Source: Vicinamibacterales bacterium
Lineage (GTDB): Bacteria; Acidobacteriota; Vicinamibacteria; Vicinamibacterales; JAMQPK01
Assembly (NCBI GenBank): GCA_963832375.1
Contig: CAWHUA010000008.1
Coordinates: forward strand, 1,451,855-1,515,854
Length of the DNA: 64,000 nt
Direction: 5' to 3'
Shown here: one piece after another, positions 45,170-55,300 of the stretch
How positions within the stretch are numbered: position 1 is the stretch's first letter
Layout of the letters: every line of letters begins with the position of its first letter
Made by a program: the position numbers and the translations under genes
Notes under the pieces: model-generated
Told to the model about the DNA's origin: nothing
Seen by the model: the letters and a program-made list of their open reading frames with translations, nothing else
The model's database searches: none

Positions 45170-48100
45170 ATGTTTCGCTGGAGACTCTTTCTCGCGGCTC
45201 TTGCTCTGCTTCTGACCTCGTCGACGACCACACGTACGGCCGATCAAACGCTGATCGCCCCTGGCTCGTCATGGAAATACAACGACGTCGGCACCAATCT
45301 CGGCACGGCGTGGAAAGAACCGGGATACATCGACACAAGCTGGGCTTCCGGCAACGCGCAGCTGGGCTACGGCGACGGTGATGAGTCCACCGTGATTTCC
45401 TACGGGAGCAGCTCGAGCAACAAGCGCATCACCTACTACTTCCGGCAGACGTTCCCGGTGGTCGACCCTTCCGCCTTGAGTGCGCTGAGTGCGCGATACG
45501 TTCGCGACGACGGCGCGGTGATCTACCTCAACGGAGTCGAAGTGATCCGCTCCAACATGCCGACCGGCACCATCACGTACACGACGCTCGCGCCGACGGC
45601 CATCGCGAACACCGACGAGAGCGCATGGATCGAGGCGCCGATTGATCCGTCCTTGCTCGTCCCGGGCGTGAACGTGGTGGCGGTGGAGATTCATCAGCAG
45701 TCGGCCACGAGTTCCGATGTGAGCTTCAATTTCGAGCTCCGGGCGACGGAGAATCGCCCGGCCGCGCCGTCGGTCACGCTCATCTCGCCGGCCAACCCCG
45801 GGGTGACGAACACATCGGCGGTCACCTTCGCCGCCTCGGTATCGGCCCCGGCCGGGCTGTTCAGCGCCACCTTATATATAGGTGGGCCGCCCCAGACGGC
45901 GGTATTTACGGGACCTGCTCAGGGTACAGGACGCACAAATCTCCGCGGATACGCCGACGACGCCCAACGGCAGCGCCATATCGATCAATATCGATGGCCT
46001 CACACCGCATGCGCATGGACTGATGAAATTCCCGACGCTCATCGGCAGCGCACCAGGACACGTGCCGGCAGGTTCCGTCGTTTCGTCCGCGGTGTTGCAG
46101 GTGAACTGCACTGATTTCGGCAACCCTTTGCGGCTCTTCCGCCTGACTCAGGACTGGGTCGAAGACCAGGCGACGTGGAACCAGCGGTCGAATGGCCTGG
46201 CGTGGGGTTCCCCTGGAGCCGATGGCGCAGCCTCGAACGCAGGTGTCGAGTCGATCGGCGACTGCACGACCACCGGCGTGCGGCTCTTCGACCTCACGCG
46301 ACTGGTGCAGGAGTGGAGCAACGGCGCGCCGAACTTCGGCATGGTGCTCATCGACTCGGGTGCGGACGGCGTCGACCTCGACAGCAGCGAGTCGGCCAAT
46401 TCTCCGGTCCTGACCGTCACGTTCAAGGCGAGTCAGACACCGGTCGACACTGAGTACCCCTCGGGCCTCAGCGCCGACGTCACCTTCTCAAGCGATGTCG
46501 CCCTTGGGGGGACGTACTTCTGGAACGTCCAGGTGACCGACGCCATCGGTCAGCAGAGCTGGGCGCCGGTTGACTTCGAGCTCGTCGCCAACGCAAACGC
46601 TCCCGACGAGCCGGTGCTGCTCTCGCCCGCGAATGAGTCGGTCAATGTCGACGTCTCGGCGACGTTCTCGGCGACGGTGAGCGATTCGGGCACCGAGCCG
46701 CTCGACGTCACCCTGTCGATGCGGCGCGCGGCGGCGCCGGAGTTCACGATCATCGCGATGCCCGATACGCAGTTCTACTCCGAGTCGTATCCGGCGATCT
46801 TCACATCGCAGACGCAGTGGATCATCGACAACAAGGACGCGCGGAACATCGTCTTCGTGACGCACGAAGGCGACATCGTCAACCAGAACACCACTATTCA
46901 ATGGCAACGCGCCAACACCAGCATGAGCATGCTCGATGGCGTGGTGCCGTACGGTATGGGTCCCGGCAATCACGATCTGCCGACGACGATGTTCAATCAG
47001 AACTTCCCGTATACGCGGTATCAGAGCCAGGAGTGGTACCGCGGCCACTACCCGACTACGACGAACGACAACAACTTTCAGGTGATCTCTGCCGGCGGCA
47101 TGAAGCTCCTTTTCGTTCATCTGGTGTACTGCCCGCCAGCCGACGCTGTCGCCTGGGCCGATTCCGTCTACAAGGCCCATCCGGACCACATCGGATTCAT
47201 GACGACGCACGCCTATCTGAACGAGTCGGCGCAGCGCTCGACACACGGCTGCACGAACACGCAGTACTTGTGGGACAACCTGGCGGTGCCGAATCCGAAT
47301 CTGCACTTCATGCTGAGCGGACACGTGCACGACGAGTCCCGCCGGGTTGATATGGCCAACGGCCATCCGGTGTTTCAGATGCTCGCCGACTATCAGGGGC
47401 GCGCACAGGGAGGCGAGGGCTGGCTGCGAATCCTGCGGTTCGTGCCCGCGGAGAACAAGGTTTACGTGCAGACGTACTCGCCATGGTTCAATCGTTTCGA
47501 AACCGACGCCAACAGCGAGTTCACCCTGGATTTCCCGATGGGTGGCGCGTTCGAGACCGTTCAAACCTTGACGGCGGACAACGACGGCACCGTGTTCTTC
47601 GCGCCCACCACGCTCGAGCACGACACCAGGTACGAGTGGAAGGTCACGGTCACCAACGCGAGCGGCACGAGCCGGACGAGCCAGACCCGATCGTTCACGA
47701 CCGCGCTCGACTCCAACATCAACAGGCCACCGGTCGCGGCCAGCCAGGCGCTCAGCGTCCAGGAGGATCGAAGTCTGGCCGTCACGCTCGGCGCATTGGA
47801 TCCCGATGGGGACCCGCTCACCTACTCGATCGTGACCAGTCCGACACACGGCACGTTCACCGGTACGGCGCCGGCACTGACCTATCTGCCCGCCACGAAC
47901 TACAGCGGTACGGACACCTTCACGTTCCGTGCGAATGATGGTGAGGCCAACAGCAACACGGCCACGGTGACGATTGCCGTCCAGTCCGTCAACGACCCAC
48001 CGGTCGCGAACGCGAATGCGTACACGGTGCAGGGAGGGTCGACGCTGACGGTCGCCACGCCGGGCGTGCTCGGCAACGACAGCGACGTCGAAGGCAGTTC

Positions 48101-48827
48101 GCTGACCGCATCTGTGGCAACCGGCGTGGGTCACGGCACCTTGTTGCTCGCAGCCAACGGCTCGTTCACCTATACGCCGACAGCGGGCTATTCGGGTCCA
48201 GACTCGTTTACCTATCGCGCGAGCGACGGGACGCCGTCGGCACCGGCGACGGTCTCGATCACGGTGCAGCCCGCACCGCCCGCGCCGCCACTGACCGTTT
48301 TCACGGCGAACTTCAACTCCAACGAGAACAGCTTCTCGTACCTCGACAACACGTTCAGAGGCACGACGCAGTCGAGTTACGCCAGCGGGTCGCGCGTGTC
48401 GTCGGGCGGATTCAGCGGCGGAGCGCTGCGGGTGCGGGTTGGCGGCGAAAACAGCAACACGATCAACGGGATGTCGGGCGGCTGGCGCCGGACGTTCACG
48501 CTCAGCTCGGCCAGGGCGGTCGTGCTGTCGTTTCGCTACAACCTCGATCAGGGGCCGGACTACGAAAGCGACGAGTTCAGCCAGGTGATGGCCAGCGTCG
48601 ACGGCGCGCTCGTGGGCAACTCCCCTGCCGACTACATCGCGCAGGTCACCGGGAACGGAAACGGTGGAAGCTCGGTGACCACCGGCTGGCAGCTGTTCCA
48701 GAAATCGCTGGGCACCCTGTCGGCGGGCACGCACACGGTGATTCTCGGCGGGTACAACAACAAGAAGAACAGCAGCTCGGAACGCACGACGATCCTCATC
48801 GACGACGTCATCGTCACGGCGCCATAA
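45170..48827 (+). pseudogene. Large secreted multidomain protein (~1218 aa: N-terminal sugar-binding-like module, DNRLRE-type domain, calcineurin-like metallophosphoesterase, cadherin/Ig-like repeats, C-terminal beta-sandwich), with one apparent +1 frameshift
   Basis: Signal peptide MFRWRLFLAALALLLTSS. WKYNDVGTNLGTAWKEPGYIDTSWASGNAQLGYGDGDE...DDGAVIYLNGVEV. The frame break is at the GGG run 45922-45924 (..FTGPAQ | VQDAQISADTP..). DNRLRE-like: SAVLQVNC...LRLFRLTQDWVEDQATWN. Phosphoesterase: FTIIAMPDTQFY...VTHEGDIV...GPGNHD...LSGHVHDE. Ig-like: two copies of ..DPDGDPLTYSIV...GTDTFTFRANDG. Length is 3658 nt, i.e. 3657+1. Confidence 0.7.
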
Positions 48828-48835
48828 GATGCGGT

Positions 48836-48957
48836 AGGTTCGTCAGGTTCGTCAGGTTCGTCGGTTCGTCGGGTTCGTGAGGTTCGTCGGGCGCAGCCCG
48901 AACTACACGAACTACACGAACTACACGAACTACACGAACCCACGAACTTTACGAACC
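48836..48957. repeat. GGTTCGT/ACGAACC short-tandem-repeat inverted array (locus B)
   Basis: 6 GTTCGT units at 48838, 48847, 48856, 48864, 48873 and 48882. The central stem-loop is TCGGGC-gca-GCCCGA (48887-48901). Then 7 CGAAC units at 48899, 48907, 48916, 48925, 48934, 48942 and 48951, including four exact ACGAACTAC copies. It lies between convergent stops at 48825-48827 and 48960-48962. Confidence 0.9.
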
Positions 48958-48959
48958 AT

Positions 48960-50138
48960 TCAAACGCCCATCTGCTTCGCGATGAACGGAATCCCCCGCT
49001 TGCCCCAGAACTGGTGGTCCTCGGGAAACACTTCCTGTTCCACCAGGTCGGGCACGCCGAACACGCTGTAGATCTTCTTCACTTCCTCGAAGCTTGCGAT
49101 GCTCGCCCGAATCGGGAAGATGTTGTCCTTCTCGCCGGATTCGACGAACAACGGCCTGGGCGCGATGAGGCCCGCGATGTCGTGCATCTCGGCCCAGTTC
49201 AGAATGCCCGGTACGTAGTTGTCGATGCAGTGCGCGAGGCTGCCGATGCTGTCGCGAAACGTGTTCAGATAGCCGCTGACAAGCGCCACGCGGATGCGCG
49301 GGTCGAGCGCCGCCGAAAACACCGTCACGGTTCCGCCGCCTGAGATGCCCATGCAGCCGATGTGGCTCGAGTCGATCTCGGAACGCGTCGAAAGGTAGTC
49401 GATCGTCCGCATCACGTCCCACACCCGCCAGCCGACCATCGTCTCGCCGACGAGCAGCGCACCGCCCGCCGCCGGATCGCAGGCTTTGCGCCCCAGCCCC
49501 TGGCGTGCGTTGATGGGATCGCGGCGGCAGCCGAAGCCCATCGGCTCGATGGCCAGCGCAGCCATGCCCGCTTCAACAACCTGAATCGCGAAATCGTGCT
49601 GATAGCCGGCTTTGTCGCTGCGGTCGGCGCCCTGTTCGTCGATGCCGACGATGTCATCCACGCCGCGGCCGTGGCCGGGGACGCAGATCATCACGGGTGC
49701 CGGGCGGGGCGCATTCACTGGGAGGAGCAGATACGCGAGCACGCTGACGCCAGGCCGGCTGTCGAATACGATCTTTTCGCGGCTGTAACCCGGGAACGCG
49801 CGCGTCTCGAGCGTCACGGGACGAAGGGGCTGGCGTTCGGATGGAAAGCCGCCAATGAGCGCGGTCAGCTTCGATCCCAGCGTCCTCTGCCACTCCTCTG
49901 CCTCGGTGCGCGTTCGCGACTGGAAACGCAAACGCCGTGGCGCGACGGCGTAGCGGTCGTGCGTGTAGACCACAGGGTCGAACCGGCGATCGTCTACACC
50001 TGTGGTCACGCCGGTGAGGGGACCAATGTAACCCGGTGGTGTCGACGCTTGCGAAGACTGCGCCTGCAGACGCACGGTCGTCGACGCCGTCGCCGCGGCG
50101 GTCAGCCTGACGAGATCGCGACGCGACAAGTTAGCCAT
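48960..50138 (-). CDS. Tat-exported alpha/beta hydrolase (acetyl-esterase/dienelactone-hydrolase-like)
   Basis: 392 aa. Twin-arginine leader MANLSRRDLVRLTAAATAS, nucleophile elbow GCMGISGGG, and later HCIDNY. Confidence 0.7.
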   Translation of the reverse strand: MANLSRRDLVRLTAAATASTTVRLQAQSSQASTPPGYIGPLTGVTTGVDDRRFDPVVYTHDRYAVAPRRLRFQSRTRTEAEEWQRTLGSKLTALIGGFPSERQPLRPVTLETRAFPGYSREKIVFDSRPGVSVLAYLLLPVNAPRPAPVMICVPGHGRGVDDIVGIDEQGADRSDKAGYQHDFAIQVVEAGMAALAIEPMGFGCRRDPINARQGLGRKACDPAAGGALLVGETMVGWRVWDVMRTIDYLSTRSEIDSSHIGCMGISGGGTVTVFSAALDPRIRVALVSGYLNTFRDSIGSLAHCIDNYVPGILNWAEMHDIAGLIAPRPLFVESGEKDNIFPIRASIASFEEVKKIYSVFGVPDLVEQEVFPEDHQFWGKRGIPFIAKQMGV

Positions 50139-50233
50139 GCGGAGACTTTACTCTCACAAGAGATTGGGAGATCAGGAGTTTTGTATTTTTACCCCAAGTC
50201 TCCCAGTCTTTTCATCTCCTGTTCTAACTCAGG

Positions 50234-51089
50234 CTATTTCTTGACGATGACCACCTCGAGGTATTCGCCCGGGACCACCATCGTGCCATCGCCACTGATG
50301 TTGAATGCCTGAATCAGATCGAGCAGGTCGCGCTCGAGCCGCGACTGCGCGTCTGCCGGCAGGCTCGCAAACGCCTTGTGGACAGGTCCGTACCAGGTCC
50401 TGAACACGTCGATCCAGTGCTCGGGCGATCGATAGCGGAACACGAAGTCGCGACGAGTCGTGCGGATGTCGGCCGCCGACGCGCGGAAGAGCTGCTCGAG
50501 GTGTTCCTCCGTCCCCCATCGCGATGCGGGCGTCAGGCCTGCGGGCGGCGGCACGTGGCGGCCGATGACGCCGAACACCCGGCCGACGAATCCCTGCGGC
50601 GTCCAGTTAGCCAGGCCGATGCGACCGTTCGGGCGGCAGACGCGCACCAGCTCGGCAGCCGCCCGCACGTGGCTGGGCGTGAACATGACGCCGAACGACG
50701 ACAGGACGACATCGAATGCGCCGTCGGGAAACGGCATGGCTTCCGCGTCGGCCTCCTGAAACCGGATTGCCAGCCGATCGGCTTCGGCTCGACGCTGGCC
50801 GTGCGCGAGCAGGTCGGGCGCGTAGTCAGTTGATGTGACTTCCGCCCATCGGCGGGCGGCCGCCAGCGACGAGTTGCCGTTGCCCGCCGCCACGTCGAGC
50901 ACCTTCGAGCCCGATCGCAGATCGACCGCCTCGCAGAGGGACTCGCCGACAATCTGCAGCGTCGTGCCGATGACCCCGTAGTCGCCCTGATGCCCAGGTG
51001 GCGCGCTGGCGCTCCTTGATGGCGTCCAGATCTGGCGCCGGCGGCGCGGGCGCCACGGGCCTTACCGCTGTGCTTTCAAACGCGTTCAT
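50234..51089 (-). pseudogene. Class I SAM-dependent methyltransferase with one apparent +1 frameshift
   Basis: Start at MNAFEST (top 51089, Shine-Dalgarno AAGGAG). The sequence ..KERQRATWASG continues in the next frame as DYGVIGTTLQIVGESLCEAVDLRSGSKVLDVAAGNGN (motif I), and ...FDVVLSSFGVMF follows. The break is at the CCC run 50985-50987. Length is 856 nt, i.e. 855+1. Confidence 0.7.
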
Positions 51090-51319
51090 CTTCGTCACTC
51101 CTTGGACGACCGTGTCGATCGACCATCCTGGAGTGTAGCGAGCGGCCCGCGCCGCGTGAATGACCGCGCGTCCGATCCATTTTGCCGATCGTCCGAAAAA
51201 AAGGGGTCGGGAGGGGTTTCGCCTCAAACACCTGACGAAACCCCTCCCGACCCCGTCCTTCCGCCGGGCGCGGTATCGCGACTTCGGTGGCGCAGGGCTT
51301 TAGCCCTGCCCGTGGCGCG

Positions 51320-51829
51320 TCAGGCCCCGATGCGGGCAAGCTCCATGGCGACGTCTTCCAGCCTGTCATAGCTCAACGCGGCGCCCTTTTCCATACCCGA
51401 CTTCATCACGGTGTCGCGCACCTCGCGCGACGGATAGGTGCACGACGCGGTGAGCCGGGTCTTGCCGCGCTCTTCGGTGAACACGGCGGTGACGACCGAT
51501 TCGGCGTCGGGAAACGGCGCGTAGATCTCGGTGAAGACCAGACGGGTGGGCGGCGCGATCTCGCGATACTCGCCATAGAAGACGACGTCGCCCATCGGGC
51601 CGCGCCCGACGAAGCGCCAGGCCCCGCCCGGTCGGAGATCGATCTCGCACACCGGCACGGAATACCGCTCGTCGAGCAGGCCCCACCAGCGCCGGACGTG
51701 TTCCGGCCTGGTCATGGCGTCGAAGACCAGACCCCTGGGGGCGTCGAACAGGCGCGTGATGACGATCTCTCGGTCCGCTGGCGTGGTGACCTTAAACGTG
51801 TCGGTGTTTGCGGCGCGGCTGACGACCAT
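51320..51829 (-). CDS. SRPBCC/AHSA1-family protein
   Basis: 169 aa. Motifs: REIVITRLFDAPRGLVFDAMTRPEHVRRWWG...GGAWRF...YREIAPPTRLVFTE. Shine-Dalgarno GGAGA. A typical partner of ArsR-family genes. Confidence 0.8.
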   Translation of the reverse strand: MVVSRAANTDTFKVTTPADREIVITRLFDAPRGLVFDAMTRPEHVRRWWGLLDERYSVPVCEIDLRPGGAWRFVGRGPMGDVVFYGEYREIAPPTRLVFTEIYAPFPDAESVVTAVFTEERGKTRLTASCTYPSREVRDTVMKSGMEKGAALSYDRLEDVAMELARIGA

Positions 51830-52178
51830 GGCGTTTCTCCTTTTTTTTTAGTTCGTGCAGGTACTCGTCGAGACGATCGAGGCGTGCTTCCCAGAGGCGC
51901 CGGTAGCGCTCGGCCCAGTCGGAGACGTCTTTCAAGCGGGCCGCTTCGAGGCGGCACGGGCGCCACTGTGCGGCGCGGCCGCGGGCGATGAGGCCGGCGC
52001 GTTCGAGGACGCGGAGGTGCTTGGAGACGGCCGGCAGGCTCATGTCGAAGGGCTCGGCCAGCTCGGTGACCGAGCATTCGCCCGAGGCGAGCCGTGCCAG
52101 GATAGCGCGGCGGGTCGGGTCGGCGAGCGCCGCGAAGGTCGCGCTGAGCGGATCGGCCGGGCTGTTGTATTGAACCAT
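51792..52178 (-). CDS. ArsR/SmtB-family transcriptional regulator
   Basis: Start at MVQYNSPADPLSATFAALADPTRRAILARLASGECSVTELAEPFDMSLPAVSKHLRVLERAGLI (ATG top at 52178). The Lys-rich tail overlaps the downstream gene by 38 nt. Confidence 0.8.
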   Translation of the reverse strand: MVQYNSPADPLSATFAALADPTRRAILARLASGECSVTELAEPFDMSLPAVSKHLRVLERAGLIARGRAAQWRPCRLEAARLKDVSDWAERYRRLWEARLDRLDEYLHELKKKEKRHGRQPRRKHRHV

Positions 52179-52181
52179 TAA

Positions 52182-52191
52182 GTTAATTAAC
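52182..52191. promoter_or_regulatory. Palindrome GTTAATTAAC within an AT-rich island (52179-52210) abutting the ArsR start codon; candidate operator/promoter
   Basis: Seen directly. TAAGTTAA is also directly repeated (52179-52186 and 52195-52202). There is no room for a Shine-Dalgarno, so the mRNA may be leaderless. Confidence 0.35.
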
Positions 52192-52263
52192 CTATAAGTT
52201 AAATACAACAGACGCCGGGGCGCCGTCAAGCGGTTTGTCGCGGTCGCGCCCGCAGCCGGTGGT

Positions 52264-52330
52264 CCGAACCCCACGAACCTTACGAACCTACGAACCCACG
52301 AACCTACGAACCTACGAACCTACGAACCCA
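52264..52330. repeat. Single-armed CGAACC tandem array (locus C; GGTTCG(T) in the sense of the upstream minus-strand gene)
   Basis: 8 CGAACC units at 52265, 52274, 52283, 52291, 52299, 52307, 52315 and 52323, with a period of 9 then 8 nt. The last units encode the final ..VGS* of the minus-strand gene. No complementary arm lies nearby. Confidence 0.9.
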
Positions 52331-55300
52331 CGGCCGCCCTCATCTCCGCCATCTTCATCACCCCGACGTAGTCGATCTTGCCCGTGCCCAGCAGCGGCAC
52401 CGCCTCGACCTTGACGATCGCGCGCGGGACGAAAATCTCGGGCAGCCCCGCTTCGCGCGCGCCGGCGGCGAGCGCCGGACGTGCGGCCTCCTCGCAATCG
52501 GTCACGAGGACGAGCTGCTCGCCACGCTTCTGATCGGCCATCGCCACGACAGCATGAATGGCGTCCGGCCACAGCTTCGCGATGAAATCCTCGACCGCTC
52601 CGAGCGGCACCATCTCGCCGGCCACCTTGGCGAACCGTTTCGCACGGCCGCGAATGGTGACAAACCCCTCGGCGTCGAACTCGACGATGTCGCCCGTGTC
52701 GTACCAGCCACCCGCGGGAGGCTCGAGCACGCCCGGTCGTTCGGCCCTCAGGTACCCGAGCATCACGTTCGGACCGTGCACGAACAGGCGCCCGCCTTCG
52801 GCAATGCCTTCCACGCGCTCGAGTCGATGGTCGATTCCCGGAAGCACGCGTCCGACCGTGCCGGACTTGAAGTGCATCGGTGTGTTGACGGCAATTGCCG
52901 GCGCTGTTTCAGTTGCGCCGTAGCCCTCGAGGATACGAATACCGAACTTTTCGAACCAGACACGCCGCGTCTCGGCCTTCACGCGCTCGGCGCCGGCAAA
53001 CACGTAGCGCACCGAATAGAAGTCGTAGTTGTCGGCCACGCGTGCGTAGCCCGCGAGAAATGTATCGGTGCCGAAGAGAATCGTGGCGTTCATCCCGTAG
53101 GCAAATTCCGGAATCGTCCGATAGTGCAGCGGCGACGGATAGAGGAACGTCCGGACGCCCGCGAGAAGTGGCAGTAACAGCCCGCCGGTGAGGCCGAAGC
53201 TGTGAAACACCGGAAGCGCGTTGAGCACGACGTCCTTCGGGTTGACGTCGACGACCGACGCCAGCTGATACCGGTTCGACAGCAGATTGCGATGGCTCAG
53301 CACCACGCCTTTGGGCGTGCCTTCCGATCCCGATGTGAACAGCACCACTGCTGGATCGTGCGCGCGCTCGGGCCGATGCCGCGGACCGTTGACGAGCGAT
53401 CGAATCAGCGCGCCGATTCTGGTGGCGACGCCAATCCCGGCACGCACGTCCTCGAGATAGACGATGGTGGCTTGCCCGGCCAGCGCGGAAACGAGCGGCT
53501 CCAGCTTCGCCTTCTCGACAAAGCGCCTGGACGTGAGAATCAGGGACACTTCCGCCCCCTGGCACGCCGCTTTCACGGACGCCGATCCGGCGGAGAAATT
53601 CAACATCGCGGGCACGCGACCGGTGGCCTGGAGCGCAAAAAACGTGACGAGCGCGCCGCGGGACGTCGGCAGCAGCACACCGACCCGCTCGGACGACCTT
53701 CGTCCGTCTGGCAATGGCCGACCCAAGCGCGTAGCTCGCGGTGATGAGCCCGCGGTAGCTCAACGGTTGTTGATCGATGTCGTCGGCGACCAGATGCGCG
53801 CCGCCGTGCTGACGCCGCGCCTCGAGCAGCGCGTCGAACAGCGTCGTATCGACGGGAGCGGCCGCGAAGGTGGACTTCACCATTTCGTCGCCAAGCGCGC
53901 GGCGCAGCGCCACGCGCCGTGCCCGGCCTGGAAGCCCTTCCGGGGTCGTCAGCCTGGTCGGGGGAAGCACACGAATGTGAATCCTCGGAAACAGGCGGCG
54001 GCGCACCTTCCCGGCCAGCCGTGAGAACGGCGTGAACTCCACGCCATCGATGCGCACCGGCACCAGCGCGGCGCCCGTCCGCTCGGCAATCACCGCGGGG
54101 CCTTCGTACACCTTCATCAGCGAGCCCGTCGTGGTGATGCGCCCTTCGGGAAAAATCACGCACGACGCGCCCCGCTCGACCGCGCGAATCATCGAGCGGA
54201 TCGACAGCGGGTTGGTGGGATCGACCGGCAGCGCGTTCACGAGCAACAGGAACGGCTTCGCCCACCACTTCTTCGCGATCTGGGTGTCGACCGCGAAAAT
54301 GGGATCGCCCGGCAGGAATGCGCCGAGCAGCAGCCCGTCGAGGAACGACGCGTGGTTCGCCGCAATGACGGCTTTCGGCAGAGCGGATCGTGACGTGCTC
54401 GACCCCTTCAACCCGGACCCGGTACACGAGGCGAAGCGCCAGGCGCATCGCGCTTCTCACCAGTTCGCGGCGGAGGATCCATGCGGCGGCCATCGCGACG
54501 GGAATCGTGGCGAGCCCGCACAGCGCAAAGATCGTGTTCATCGTCATACCGCGCGCCGACAGCGCAGCGCCAGCGAGGGCGGCCACTGTCATCGCCAGCG
54601 CGTTGACGATGTTGTTGGCGGCAATGATACGGGCACGATAGCGGGGTTCGCTTTCGTGCTGCAACAGCGCATACAGCGGCACGCAGAACAGGCCTCCGGC
54701 TATCGCCACCCCGATCAGATCGCCGAGCACGCGCCAGCTTCCAGGCGTGTTGAGAAACGCCGTGACGTCCGCGAGATGCGGCGCCGGCCACACGTCCGCT
54801 ACCTGCCTGATGAAGATCGACGGCAAACAGCCCCATCATCAATCCGGCCAGCGGCACGTGGCGGGCGCTGACTTCACCGTTCAAGAGCCGTTCGGCCAGC
54901 ATCGATCCGGCGCCAACGCCGATGGCGAAGAGCGCAAGCATGAGCGTCACGACCTGCTCGTTCGCAACCAGCACGTCCTTTGCGAGCACCGGCAGGCCCG
55001 AGACAACCACGAAGCCGAACAGCCAGAATTACGAGATGGCGAGGATCGGCAGCAACAAGGCCGGCCGGCTCGTCGCATGGCGCATGACGGCAATCGAGTC
55101 GTGGAACAGGTGCGGTCTTGCGGTCAGATTTTCGGAATCAGGCAACGCCACCGGGATCTGACGCGACGCGAGCCAGCCGGCGACGGCGGCGCCGATACCG
55201 CATGCCGCCACGATCGCCGGACCATTCTCGATGAGGACGAAGCTGCCACCCACGATCGTGCCCAGGAGAATCGCCAGGAATGTACCCGCCTCGATGAGCG

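Noticed and set aside
46488-48734. Very long antisense ORFs: 748 aa here, and also 4826..5998, 6862..8682, 10597..11853, 12953..14176, 17942..19213, 27775..28944, 31349..32539 and 37785..38966.
   Set aside because: These are shadow ORFs, typical of high-GC DNA. Each lies opposite a gene with clear family motifs. Their translations are Arg/Gly/Ala/Pro-rich with no recognisable domains.
51841-51849. A T9 run (A9 in gene sense) at the ArsR/SRPBCC junction, suspected as another frameshift site.
   Set aside because: The present frame gives a Lys-rich ArsR tail (..ELKKKEKRHGRQ..) of the kind I recall for ArsR partners of SRPBCC genes. The alternative run lengths give a fusion or a long nonsense extension, so there is no evidence of a break.
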